This document shows positions 27,336 through 41,242 of a DNA stretch of 64,000 nt, one piece after another (the stretch's first letter is position 1; every line of letters begins with the position of its first letter). Under the pieces are notes generated by a model. That model ran no database searches. It was not told the origin of the DNA and saw nothing but the letters and a program-made list of their open reading frames with translations. Source of the DNA: Eledone cirrhosa. Lineage: Eukaryota. Location: positions 53,320,001 to 53,384,000 of the forward strand of contig OZ024749.1 in assembly GCA_964016885.1 (NCBI GenBank), in the 5' to 3' direction. A program made the position numbers and the translations under genes.

Positions 27336-27939
27336 GAGTATAATGATAGTATAAATAATGTAATAGAAATTTAAAATTTAACCGTGTCCCAAAAATAGGA
27401 AAGCCCCATAGAGTAAATCAAAACTGGTTATTTCTCTACCTGTTCTTGAAACAGAAAATACGAAATACGCAGTCATTTATTTACCCTAACAAACGTTGGT
27501 AGCCAGAAAGAATGTTCTAGAAATGTGTTGGCTGCAGACATTTGTCTATCAGTGTGTGTGTGTGTGTGTCTGTGTCACTGTGTGTCTGTCTGTCTGTCTG
27601 TCTGTGTGTGTGTGTGTGTGTTTGTTTGCATACACGTTTGACCTCACTTGACAAAGCCTGTGTCAATACAGATGTAAAAATGTTCCTCTATTAATGGTAC
27701 TTTAAATTCCAAACATGTGTAGCAGCTAAGCCGTCAAATTCATCGACTGTTTCATTTGCTTCGTGATAATCGTCATAGATCAGAAAAAGAAAACTCCCCA
27801 ACTTTCTCAAAACCTGGCCTAGTTTCTAGTCTAACCTGAAGCAATTTCGTTCGATTTGGAGAAAAAGAAAAGAGCATACACTTTACACAACATTCAATTA
27901 CTCTTCAGATATAAATACATATATCTTGCTATCTAATTA

Positions 27940-28555
27940 TTGTTTTGTAATCGAGGCACTAGACTAGCAATTCAAGGGGAAGCGGAAAGTCGATTATCTC
28001 GATCAGTACATTACTGGTACTATATTTTAACGACCTCGGAGGGATGAACAGTCAAGTTAAACTTGGTGATATTTCATCTGTGAACGTAAAGAGACGGATC
28101 AAATGCAGTTGGACGTTCTATTGACTCTAAGGCAGCAGATTGTCCGAGTCGTTAGAAATATCAAATAGAAGGTTTTATAATGTTCGTTCCGGTTCTCTGC
28201 TCTCTGAGGTCAAATCCCGCCGAGGTCAACTTTCGCTTTCATTCATTTCAATTAAAAAAAAAAAGTACCGGTCAAATACTGGTGTCGATTCTTCCTGTGT
28301 ATCTCTTTCTCACTTAACACTGATTTAATAATTGTTTCTGATTTAAGCACAAAGCCAACAATTTGAAGGGTAGGAGGAAAGTCGGTTACATCGACACCGT
28401 AAAGATGAAAGACAAAGCTAACCTCGCCAAGATTTGATCTCAGAGCGTAAAGGAACTTAATAATAATTGTTTCTACTTTTGGGACAAGGCCAGCAATTTC
28501 CCCAGTGCATAACTGGTACTTTATTTTATCGACCCCGTAAGGACGAAAAGCAAAT
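27940..28555. mobile_element. cluster of four SINE fragments (mixed orientation)
   Basis: Minus about 27940-28130, plus about 28130-28290, minus about 28328-28460 and 28463-28555. Confidence 0.7.
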
Positions 28556-29383
28556 AATAGTTATCGTTGAAATAAAAATAATAGTTATCGTTGGTATATC
28601 ACACATAAATATCTGTAAAACAATTTGAATTTGACACTTAAGCTGTTCCGAGCGAAGTACTGCAATACATCACATATGTTGACCAGATAACGAGGTATGT
28701 GGGGAAAATATAACCATTTAACTGACCTCAACTGTTGATCATTCTAAACAACGACCAGTGTGTTATTGTTCAAATATGGACGAATAGATGAATGAAAGGA
28801 TGCTCTTGTGAGATGATTCTAAATATGAATATATATCAACACGGCACATACGTGTAGTTGTATAGCTCGTATGTGTTGGTGTATATATATATACACACAG
28901 ATAAGGAAATATGGTAACGGTGCACAATTTTTCAATAGACAAATTACTTTATATATTATTCAGTTAAATTCTGCTTTTCACTCGGTCACGTTCTCCCATT
29001 GATTCCTGCTCCTACAGCACTTTACCTACCTTTCTCTCTCTCTCACTCTCTTTCTCTGCACCCCATCTACCCCTTTCTTACTCTCTCTGCGCCCTATCTG
29101 CTCGCGCGCGCGCACACACACACACACGCTCTCTGAACCCTATCTGCTCTTTTCCCTCTTATTGCTCACACACACTGCTCCCCCTCTCTGTCTCCATCTC
29201 TCTCTCTCTCCCCCTCTCTGTCTCCATCTCTCTCTTCCGTCACATCCCATCATATAATGTCACGACTTCACTGACGGAGTCACGTGCATTGTTTCCGCTC
29301 CGTTCCGTCTTTTCACACCAGCATTTCGTCCGTCAGTGATTCGTTGAAAGCAAATCGTGGGCCGGCATAAGTGTTTGCGTGTG

Positions 29384-29415
<32 letters not shown>

Positions 29416-29452
29416 TATATACACACATATATCTATATATACACATACACAC

Positions 29453-29506
<54 letters not shown>

Positions 29507-29511
29507 GTGTG

Positions 29512-29550
<39 letters not shown>

Positions 29551-29577
29551 GTGCGTATATATATATATATATGTATA

Positions 29578-29771
29578 TACGAGGATAGGCTGAGAGGTTC
29601 ATAGACTGAAAAGTTCATAGGGCTGACTAAGATACTCTCATGGAATGAAAAAATGAGGTTTATTTTTCAACATTATTAATAAGGACAGTTGAAAATAATG
29701 CATGCAAGATTTCACATCTCTAGCACAACTCGTTCACTGTTAGCCTATGAACTTTTCAGCCAGCCCTCGTA
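29578..29771. mobile_element. mariner-type MITE plus an adjacent solo left end (29794-29850)
   Basis: TAcgaggataggctgagaggttcatag / ctatgaacttttcagccagccctcgTA TIRs. The second left end shares aagatactctcatggaatga. Confidence 0.75.
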
Positions 29772-29879
29772 TATCCCTCTATCTCTCTATATATACGACG
29801 CTTGGCTGGATGGTTTATAGGCTAATCAAGATACTCTCATGGAATGACCAGAAGATATATATATATATATATATATATA

Positions 29880-30093
29880 GTTCTACTTTTTTGCCCAAAG
29901 CCAGCAATTTCCCCAGTACGTTACTGGTGCTTTATTTTATTGACCCCTTAAGATTGAAAGGTAAAGCTATATATATAATTGTTTCTACGTTTGGCACAAG
30001 GCCAGCAATTACCCCAGTGCATTACTGGTACTTTATTTTATCGACCCCCGTAAGGATGAATGGCAAAGTTAACCTCGACGGGATTTGAACTCA
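29880..30093 (-). mobile_element. two truncated dominant-SINE copies
   Basis: Family motifs present. Confidence 0.8.
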
Positions 30094-30275
30094 GCTATAT
30101 ATAGAATGTGTGTATGTGTGTAAAATGTGTCTATAAAATCATCAGTTAGTAAAAGAAGTGGGTGGTTTGGAGAAAGAAACGTGTAAGGGAAGCAGATGTA
30201 TGTAAGATATAAAACAGCCATGACAACATAAACAAATAGAAGACATGACTTAGTGGCATATATATATATATATAG

Positions 30276-30309
<34 letters not shown>

Positions 30310-30350
30310 TGACTTCACAGCCTTGCTGGAGTAAATGCAATTATATATAT

Positions 30351-30408
<58 letters not shown>

Positions 30409-30794
30409 CACGAATAAGAATTTATTGTGACAAAGTGATAAAACAAATATGTGACATGTATCGGTAGATAGCTCGCTTTCTCTCTCCTCGTCTCTTCTCT
30501 TTCTCTCTCCTCCTCTCTTCTCCTCTCTTCGCTTTCTCTCTCCTCCTCTCTTCTCTTTCTCTCTCCTCCTCTCTTCTCCTCTCTTCGCTTTCTCTCTCCT
30601 CCTCTCTTCTCCTCTCTTCGCTTTCTCTCTCCTCCTCTCTTCGCTTTCTCTTCGCTCTCTCTCTCTCTCTTTCTTTCTTTCTCTCTTACTCTTTCTCCCC
30701 TCTCTCTCTCTCCTTTCTCTCTCTCTAGTTAGATATTTAGTGACATATCTATAAATATGTGCTTGTGCGTAAACACATATATATAGTTACATAC

Positions 30795-30839
<45 letters not shown>

Positions 30840-30844
<5 letters not shown>

Positions 30845-30979
30845 CAATCAATATAGCAATCTTATGACGACAGAGTAGTTTCACACACACATACACACAC
30901 ACACACTCATTTATATATATATGTGTGTGTGTGTGTGAAACTACTCTTTCGTCATAAGATTGCTATATTGATTGCTATA
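30840..30979. repeat. inverted repeat (44-bp unique arms extended by CA/TG tracts)
   Basis: 30840-30883 vs 30936-30979, 1 mismatch. Confidence 0.9.
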
Positions 30980-32404
30980 CAAAACTGGAATATCGATCAA
31001 CAAACTAGACATTATAACGTTCGAATCTCGCTGATCAAGTTACATATGAAATTTCCATTACACAAAGGCTGTAGCAAATCTGTTAAGATGTGATATAACT
31101 CCAATGTATATATCGCCTTTGTTGTCAATATTGGGGATGTAGCTTTGAATTGGGAATCTACTTCCCGCTGGAATCAATTTATACCAATGTTTTCATGCGC
31201 TCTGCGAGTTTCTATTAAATCTATTTTAGCCTACGGTATACTTTTCCTGATAATGACGCTACCAACTGAGACAAAAGTTTCGCGATTGCAGTCGATAAGC
31301 ATCTTCTATGTAGCGGCAACTAATACTGCTATAAAAGTACTGATTGAATTCACATGAACAAACATCAAAATCTCTCTCATTCAACGTGAATGGGCGTAAT
31401 TCACCGTTTCTGACTCTACCTATGAAACCGTTCGATATCTTAGAAACTTCCGGTGTTAGTTATTTCATATTTACCTCGAATGTATATGATTGTGTTTAGA
31501 GACGATTAAATCAAAAATATGTGACCATGCGGTAATAACGTTAATTCTATATAAATCTTTCATGGTTTGTTAATCCATATTGTATTTATTTAATAATATT
31601 TGCTGTTTGTATTTCTGTTGAAAAGAGAAAAGAAGTGTTCTGAGATTCTGAAATGCTTTAAAGCCGGCATACGATTAAATCACTCAGCAATATGTATGAT
31701 AGGATCAATAGTGAACCCGTCCTCTACAAATAACCTCAACATTTCTATATAACTATCATTATTTCGTAGGATCTATTCAAATAAATCATTCTATTCTAAT
31801 CTCGCTGACGGTTACTCACTTAACGGAAGTCCTGCTAATCATTTAAGTTTCACACATTTTTTTTTCACTTACACTAGAGAAAGAAAAACTCATTTCCTCC
31901 GAGCTTCAAGTAGACTGATCTATATACATTCATACATACATAAACATTTATATATACTACATATATATATATATATATATATTCATTATATTTATATATA
32001 CATATATATATACATACTACACACACACGTATATATATATATATATATATATATTATTCATTATATTTATATATATATATATATATGTCTGCATGTATAT
32101 ATATACTACACACACACACACATGTATATATATGTATATAAGAAATACTTTACTCTGGTTGTAAGTAAACGTTAACAAGTTCAGACACTCCCACTGTTAA
32201 AGGTTAATGGTTCGATTTTTTTCCTCAGTTATAAACAACCAAATATATTAGGTTTTAAAATAGATTTAATGATTAGTTGTGATGTCATATTCTTACGACC
32301 ACAAACATTGCAGGGTTTCTTGATATAGACATAGTGATGTGGGTAGGATGTTGGTGGTGTTATCTGCTGCTAAGTTCAATATCAACATACTCTTAGATAC
32401 ATAC

Positions 32405-32519
<115 letters not shown>

Positions 32520-32520
32520 C

Positions 32521-32581
<61 letters not shown>

Positions 32582-32665
32582 TTAAAAAAAAAAAAAAATA
32601 ATGAATAAAACAATGAAACAGTTCCTTATATTAAACAAAAAAAGTTCATTATTTAACGATCGTTT

Positions 32666-32729
<64 letters not shown>

Positions 32730-32735
<6 letters not shown>

Positions 32736-32855
32736 GGAATCAGTTTGAAACTGGTTAGACCATTACTAAACAGAGTACTCGATACTTGGTAGAGTATGGT
32801 TATATAACGAAGAATCGAGACCCGACGGCTGAGCTGTTGCCGTTTTGGCAGCTAG
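32730..32855 (-). mobile_element. diverged family B copy next to (TA)n
   Basis: cagagtactcgatactt..ccgacggctgagctgt is shared with 2981-3096. Confidence 0.55.
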
Positions 32856-33994
32856 CAACAGTATGTTTTGCTTTTTCTAAAGACTACTACGGCGTATATT
32901 AAGATGTATTAAAGAGTCTGACTCAGTGAGAAATGGGAAAGATATATAGAGGAAGACTCGACCCCAGTACAAGACTGGTATATTACTTATCAATCTCGAA
33001 GGGACGAAAGGCAAAGTTGACCATGGCGGGGTTTGATTTCATCTCATTGCTGAGAGCTGGAAGGAATATCGCTCAAAGTGTTCTAACCGATGACTATAAT
33101 AATTGTGCCAATTCACCAGGTTCGTCTCTTGAAACGCTGGATCTATAAAACAGCAGGCAGAAGGTAGATAGCATGGTTCTCACTTTCACATGTGATTAAT
33201 TTATTGATCAAAGGAAATTGCCTGGGAAATAATCGACTAATTATTATCTTGATTTAGCTAAATGTTTAGCCATCGTCTAGAACCATTGATCCGTACTCAA
33301 AGTTATCAAACAACATACAATATATACAACATACAATATATACAACATACAATATATACAACATACAATATATACAACATACAATATATACAGTATATAC
33401 AACATATGAAACTATCAACTTCAATAAAGTACATTCAATTCCTTATTTGTAATATTTTTTCTTTCTTCTTTTTCTCTTTTTTTTTCTTTTCTCTTTTTCT
33501 CTTTTTTCTCTTCTCTTTTACTCTTTTTTTTTTTTCTGTTTTCTTTCTTTCAAACATTTAACTAATGTTAGAAACACTCATTTTTTTATTTTCAATATGG
33601 ATAAACGTAAACAATTGAGTTGTTGTTGTTGTTGTTAGCAAACAATTTTCAGTTTAAATGTGATTATTGGTGTAGTAAAGAGAGCAGGAGAGATCCCCGG
33701 AGACGGTAGTTTGAATTTCCATCTCGTTGCTATAGGATTATCTGTGATGGTAAGGAGTTATTTTGAGAGAGAGAGAGGAGGAGAGTGGGAGTGAGAGAGA
33801 GAAAGAGATAATCAAAACTACAATACCAACAACAACAACTACAATACCAACAACAACTACAATACCAACAACAACAACAAACCTCAGCATGACATTTGGA
33901 ACGTTAAATCGGCGGCTCGTTTCTACCAACCCACCATCCTAACAGTCCTATGTAACAGTTACTGATCCCTGGTTAAATGTAGAACAGAATGTTC

Positions 33995-34625
33995 ATAAAT
34001 ATAAAATGACATGTATGATATAAAATATATAATATAAAATAATGTATAATATGAAATATATGATATATAATGTATAATATAAAATATATAATGTTTAATA
34101 GAAAAAATGTGATATAAAATATATAATATGAAATGTATAATATGAATGATATGAAATGTATAATATGAAATGTATAATATAAAATGTATAATATATAATA
34201 TAAAAAATGTGATATAAAATGTATAATATGAAATGTATGATATGAAATGTATAATATGAAATGTATAATATGAAATGTATAATATGAAATGTATAATATG
34301 AAATGTATAATATGAAATGTATAATATGAAATGTATGATATAAAATGTATAATATATAATATAAAAAAATGTGATATAAAATGTATAATATGAAATGTAT
34401 GATATGAAATGTATGATATAAAATGTATGATATATAATGTATAATATATAATATAAAAAATGTGATATAAAATGTACACTATATAATATAAGATGTATAA
34501 TATAAAATATATTATATATAATGTATAATATAAAATATATGGTATAAAATATATAATATATAATGTACAATATAAAATATATAATATATAATATGAAATA
34601 TAAAATATATAATGTATAATATATT
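33995..34625. repeat. AT-rich 14-bp minisatellite (ataatatgaaatgt), decaying outward
   Basis: Near-pure core at about 34220-34330 with diverged flanks. Confidence 0.85.
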
Positions 34626-34750
34626 CGAGTTATGTGGTTATATAAAAGCAATGAGTTGTAGGTACATTTACGTAAATCGTTTCTTGTCATTTTGTAAGAT
34701 CATATCCGTTTAGTCACGAAGAGATGTCTCAGATAAACTTTGCAGTGGAT

Positions 34751-34825
<75 letters not shown>

Positions 34826-34882
34826 GCGCTCTCTCTCTCTCTCTCTTTCGCGCTCTCTCTCTCTCTCTTTCTCTCTCGCGCG

Positions 34883-34915
<33 letters not shown>

Positions 34916-35160
34916 GCGCTCTCTCTCTCTTACTCTTTCTCTCTCTCACACTCTCCGTGTCTTTCTCTCTCTCCTACTTTCTCCCTCTCTCACACTCTCT
35001 GTCTCTCTCTCACACTCTCTCTCTCTCTTACTCTCTCTCTCTTAGCCTTTCTTTCTTACCCTTACTCTTTATCTATAAAATATTTCACCCTGTCCAATTT
35101 CATATACGTTATAATAATGTTTTGTCACAATGGGCTTAATTGCTTTTTATTTGGGCGTAT

Positions 35161-35215
<55 letters not shown>

Positions 35216-35417
35216 AGATATGTACATATATATATATATATGTGTGTGTGTATATGTATATATGTGTGTATGTGTATATATATATATATATTTCTGTTTC
35301 GTTTTATGATCAGATTACGTAGATAAATTATAATAAATGATGTGTATATATTTGGGTGTGTGCGTATCTGTTTATATATTTATATACACACATACACACA
35401 CATACATGTGTGTGTAC

Positions 35418-35457
<40 letters not shown>

Positions 35458-35530
35458 CTGTATGTGTATCAGTTTATATATTTACATACACACGTACGCA
35501 CATACATGAGTGTGTGTGTGTGTGTATGTG

Positions 35531-35570
<40 letters not shown>

Positions 35571-35924
35571 AATGTGTGTGTGTGTGTGTACCTATATGGA
35601 AGTAAGTGTGTATGTGTAGTGGTTGACAGGAGTTGAAATGACGAAACATATTTATACTGAATTGTCGATCTTGGATATATGAAAGAAGAGAGGAGGTCAA
35701 ACAATGAGATCTCTTCGTAATGTTTAAGATTCTGAAAACCGTAATACGAGAAAGATGTAATTAGATTTTGATGAGAAAATATCTCGCCTAAAGAACCAAA
35801 ATAAGGCGAAACTATCTGGATGGAAGGGAAATGTATTGGGAATAGACGAATGTAAGAGAGAACTGTAATGATAGAAGATAATGCATATATATATATATAT
35901 ATATACAGCACATAACAGTAGTGG

Positions 35925-35955
<31 letters not shown>

Positions 35956-36189
35956 GGTTGTAGTAGTAGTGATGGTAGTAGTGTTGGTGGTGGTGGTGGT
36001 GGTAGTAGTTGTAGTAGTATTAGTTTCTAATACACACGCATGTATATACACATACAAACGAGCATACATACATGCATGCATACATACATAGAAACACGTA
36101 TATACATACAAACATATACATACAAACATATACATACATAGATACATGCGCACAAACATACAAACACGTATGCATACATAGATGCATAC

Positions 36190-36500
36190 GTACATACACA
36201 CAAACATACACACAAACATACACACAAACATACACACAAACATACACACAAACATACACACAAACATACACACAAACATACTCACAAACATACTCACAAA
36301 CATACTCACAAACATACACACAAACATACACACAAACATACACACAAACATACTCACATACACACAAACATACACACAAACATACACACAAACATACACA
36401 CAAACATACACACAAACATACACACAAACATACTCACAAATATACACACAAACATACACAAACATACACACAAACATACACACAAACATACACACATATA
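36190..36500. repeat. 12-bp repeat (acacaaacatac)n
   Basis: Direct inspection. Confidence 0.9.
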
Positions 36501-36888
36501 TACACACAAATGTACACACATATATAAATATAAACGTGTATATGTGTGTGTGTGTTTTGTGTGTGTGTGTTTATGTCTTCATGCCACGTCGGTGTTGTTG
36601 TTTGTGTCCGTTAACGGTTCGACAAATAAAGATCGATAAAAGGTGTGCCAGATTGAAATAATTATAGGGATCGATAAGATCGACTAAAATTGCTGAAGAT
36701 TAGTGCCCCAGTATGGCCTGCAAGAGCTTTTAATCTACCCTTTAGCTAATATGGCGGCAAACAGTTTACAATTGAATGAGATGGATTTCTTTTTTTATTT
36801 ATTTTATGGAGTAGTCAGCCACACAGAAGCTATAAATACTAAGACCGCAGCAGATGAAAGGAAGTATTGCTATTCTTTTCAGATTTTT

Positions 36889-36918
36889 ATCACCTCTCGG
36901 CCTTTTGGCTAAGATCAA
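36889..36918 (+). pseudogene. U2 snRNA 5' fragment (nt 1-30)
   Basis: atcacctctcggccttttggctaagatcaa matches 28/30 positions of the canonical metazoan U2 5' end ATCGCTTCTCGGCCTTTTGGCTAAGATCAA. Similarity stops just before the branch-point recognition sequence. Confidence 0.8.
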
Positions 36919-37169
36919 AGCCTCAACTAACAATAACAGTTATTTTTTTTTTTAATACCATATACCGGGAGTTCACATTTATCTTTTTTTTCAGTCTTCT
37001 TCAAAATATTTTCATTTCAACCTACATTACACAATAATTCCCATACTTGCACCCATACAGTTAAACATTGAATTTACTTTACACATTTTATAGCTTACGT
37101 AAGATCGTCGCATAGTCGAAACCATTCTAACCACAATAGTGTTTGATTCATCTTTCTACTGAAACCTAT

Positions 37170-38160
37170 AACACCACCATCACCACCGCCACCACCCACA
37201 CTACCACCACCACCATCACCGCCACCACCCACACTACAACCACCGCCACCACCCACACTACCACCACCACCATCACCACCGCCACCATCCACACTAAGAC
37301 CACCACCATCACCGCCACCACCCACACTACCACCACCACCGCCACCACCCACACTACCACCACCACCATCACCACCGCCACCACCCACACTACCACCACC
37401 ATCATCACCGCCACCACTCACACTACCACCACCATCATCACCGCCACCACCCACACTACCACCACCATCATCACGCCACCACCCACACTACCACCACCTC
37501 CATTAACACCGACACTACCACCACCACATCCTACCCTACTCTGTGTTGTGATTCACTTTCTACCCGGGGTGGGGTATATATATGTATATATATATATAAC
37601 AAGCCGCCATTTTAAAATCCACCCAACAGTCATATAATCAGATTTAACCAAGTAAATATTTACAATACTGTAACAACATCCAAGGGGACTTAATTGTGTT
37701 TAAAATAGACTTGTCCCTTTATCGATTAAGTCAATTTTCTTATCTCCCTTCGTCACCACCACCACCACTCTCTCCCCCAATATCTCCCATCGTCACCACC
37801 ACCATCATCTCTCTCTCCCCCAATATCTCCCTTCGTCACCACCACCACCATCTCTCTCCCCCAATATCTCCCTTCGTCACCACCACCACCACCTCTCTCT
37901 CCCTACGTCACCACCACCACCACCTCTCTCTCCCTACGTCACCACCACCACCACCTCTCTCTCCCTACGTCACCACCACCACCTCTCTCTCCCTACGTCA
38001 CCACCACCACCTCTCTCTCCCTACGTCACCACCACTACCTCTCTCTCCCTACGTCACCACCACCACCTCTCTCTCCCTCCGTCACCACCATCTCTCTCTC
38101 TCTCCCAATATCTCCCTACGTCACCACCACCACCTCTCTCTCCCTACGTCACCACCACCA
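37170..38160. repeat. two C-rich minisatellites (37170-37525 and about 37740-38160)
   Basis: Units approximately ccaccatcaccgccaccacccacacta and ctctctccctacgtcaccaccaccac. Confidence 0.85.
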
Positions 38161-38369
38161 TATATTACTCTGTGTGTGTATCTGTGTGTACGTACTCTAA
38201 TATTACATTAGTCTGTCTGTGTGTGTGTGTGAGTGTCTTATCTCTGTGTGTGTATATTGGTGTGCGTGTCAACGTACCCTCATATTACATTGGTGTGTGT
38301 GTGAGTGTCTGTATGTGTGTAATTATATGTATATCTGTGTGTGTGTCTACGTAGCCTAACATTACATTG

Positions 38370-38417
<48 letters not shown>

Positions 38418-38605
38418 ATTGGTGTATATATATTGGTGTATACATTAACAGTTAAAGAGAACACAGTGCTGCTGTAAAGTAAATAAAATTATTTAAATGA
38501 AGTCAACGATATCTTATTGGATTGCGACTAACGCTTTATCGGCTGAATTTCTAAAATCGATAAAATTTGCGAAATTTAACAGAGTAATCTAATGTGAATC
38601 ATACA

Positions 38606-39250
38606 CAGAACTGTTTCCTCAGTATATATAGTCCTTTCCTCTACTTTCCTAGCCAGAACTGTTTCCTCCACTTTCCTAGCCAGAACTGTTTCCTCAATAT
38701 ATATAGTCCTTTCCTCTACTTTCCTAGCCAGAACTGTTTCCTCTACTTTCCTAGTCAGAACTGTTTCCTCAATATATATAGTCCTTTCCTCTACTTTCCT
38801 AGCCAGAACTGTTTCCTCAATATATATAGTCCTTTCCTCTACTTTCCTAGCCAGAACTGTTTCCTCCACTTTCCTAGCCAGAACTGTTTCCTCAATATAT
38901 ATAGTCCTTTCCTCTACTTTCCTAGTCAGAACTGTTTCCTCAATATATATAGTCCTTTCCTCTACTTTCCTAGCCAGAACTGTTTCCTCCACTTTCCTAG
39001 CCAGAACTGTTTCCTCAGTATATATAGTCCTTTCCTCTACTTTCCTAGCCAGAACTGTTTCCTCTACTTTCCTAGTCAGAACTGTTTCCTCAATATATAT
39101 AGTCCTTTCCTCTACTTTCCTAGCCAGAACTGTTTCCTCAATATATATAGTCCTTTCCTCTACTTTCCTAGCCAGAACTGTTTCCTCCACTTTCCTAGCC
39201 AGAACTGTTTCCTCAGTATATATAGTCTTTTCCTCCACTTTCCCAGCCAG
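38606..39250. repeat. composite minisatellite of 48-bp and 27-bp units
   Basis: gaactgtttcctcaatatatatagtcctttcctctactttcctagcca interspersed with gaactgtttcctc(c/t)actttcctag(c/t)ca. Confidence 0.95.
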
Positions 39251-39372
39251 ATCTTCCCTTCTTTATTCCTCTCCCGAACTTGTTTCATTACTTAATTGTG
39301 TTTTTATATTTCTTTTTCATATTTCCATCATTGTATAACTTCTTTTTGTAAAATATAATTGAGATAATAAAA

Positions 39373-39453
<81 letters not shown>

Positions 39454-39647
39454 GACAATTATTAAATATATAAATAGATAAATAAATGCCATTGTTAAAT
39501 AATAAATCAATCAATTAATACCTTAACACTTCACACAAAGTAAAACATTTCGTTTTAATCATTTTCTAACCCAGAAAAAAGAGACAGAAACAAAAAAGGA
39601 AAAAAAAAATTTTTTTTTCTTCCTAATAATCGTCTCTTTCTTCCTGT

Positions 39648-39687
<40 letters not shown>

Positions 39688-39782
39688 TGCAAACTCTGCT
39701 AAGAGTAGAGGTTATAGAGCGACCTGACATTTACAGTTTCTGGGATATTTACAACTCAAATGATATCAATTCTTTAAACACC

Positions 39783-39825
<43 letters not shown>

Positions 39826-40069
39826 ATTTAAATTAAATTAAGGGTGTCATGTCAGAGAGACATGCGCCATATCCACTGTAAAATATGCTCCAAGATTCCA
39901 ATGAATAGATCCGAGCATTTTATATCAACTAGAAATTGATTGAAGTTCTAGTTAAACTTTAATTGGTTACCCACATAGCTGTGTGTGCTTACACACTTTT
40001 ACAGATTATCCCCTGTGGTCGTTTCATATGTTTATTTTAGATATATATATATGTCAATCAATTTCTAGT

Positions 40070-40116
<47 letters not shown>

Positions 40117-40119
<3 letters not shown>

Positions 40120-40324
40120 GGTGTTTAAAAAATTGATATCATTTGAGTTGTAAATATCCCAGAAACTACAAAGTCTAGGACAGCGAGACTTAACAGGTTT
40201 AATGTTGAATAACAAGATTTATTCCTCAAAATTTGTCAACATTATAACACTAATTCACTTCTAGATTTTGTAGTTTCTGGGATATTTAGGTCTCAAATGA
40301 GATCACATTTTTTTAAACACCCTG
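40117..40324. mobile_element. Tc1/mariner-type MITE with about 60-bp TIRs, plus a solo end at 39735-39785
   Basis: TA-cagggtgtttaaaaaattgatatcatttgag..ccagaaactacaaagtctag / ctagattttgtagtttctggg..ttttaaacaccctg-TA. Confidence 0.88.
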
Positions 40325-40629
40325 TATATATATATATAATTGTTTCATATATATATAACGTGCGGAAACACACACATCCACATTACACACAAAGAAACAC
40401 ATACTCGAAAATTGTACCTCAAACATACATATGTAAATAAAAATAAACGCAAATAAGTACCGCAAGACATTTTGTCTAATGTTCTACCAATTCTGCCACC
40501 TCACCGCTCCAGTCTATAGTCTCAATAACAGAGTAGAAAAACAACAAAGTAACTAATAGTAGACTCTGTATGCTGCTGTGTCTATTTAGTCATTCTTTTT
40601 TATTTTCTCAATTCCAAATCTTTGCCATC

Positions 40630-40700
40630 AATTTTTTTTTTTTTTTTTTCGTTTTTCGTTTTTCGTTTTTCGTTTTTCGTTTTTCGTTTTTCGTTTTTCA
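40630..40700. repeat. (TTTTTCG)n heptamer repeat
   Basis: Direct inspection. Confidence 0.9.
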
Positions 40701-41242
40701 TTATTTGTGGTGTCGATAAGTACAAGAAAATAATTGGATTCGAATACTTCAAAGAAAAAAAAACAACAACACACAAAAAAAAAAAAAAACACGAAACGAA
40801 ACAATACATGAAAATTTGGAGAATTTGGCCAAATATCTGAGAATGAAATCAATAAAAGAATTAATGTCTTCGGAAACTTAATCTTCAATTTCTTCAATTC
40901 TGGATATATTTTAATAATTCTATTACGCCATTAACTGCTATTACGTTGCGAATATTTCCACGTGTGTATTGGTGTGTGCAGTTCTTAACTAGATTACAAG
41001 AATATAATTAAGAAATAAATGTGTCAATCAGAAATATAGACCTCTAATAAAAATGAGAGCTATCGTTTACTACACGAGAGAGTTCTTTCAAAATATCTGA
41101 CGTAATTACATACCTCATTGTTTTGTTTTTTTTGCTTTTTATTTGTATATTTTTCCGGAGTTTCGTATTAAACCTAATACATGCCATTAATTTTCTCACC
41201 GGTTATTATATCAGTGGCTCTATAGACTAATTGTTAAGTAGG

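Noticed and set aside
31145-31357. hydrophobic 70-aa ORF (faintly LINE-like KSILAYG)
   Set aside because: TTG start, no convincing motif series or splice context.
36889-36918. functional U2 snRNA gene
   Set aside because: Only 30 nt; no branch-point pairing region or Sm site.
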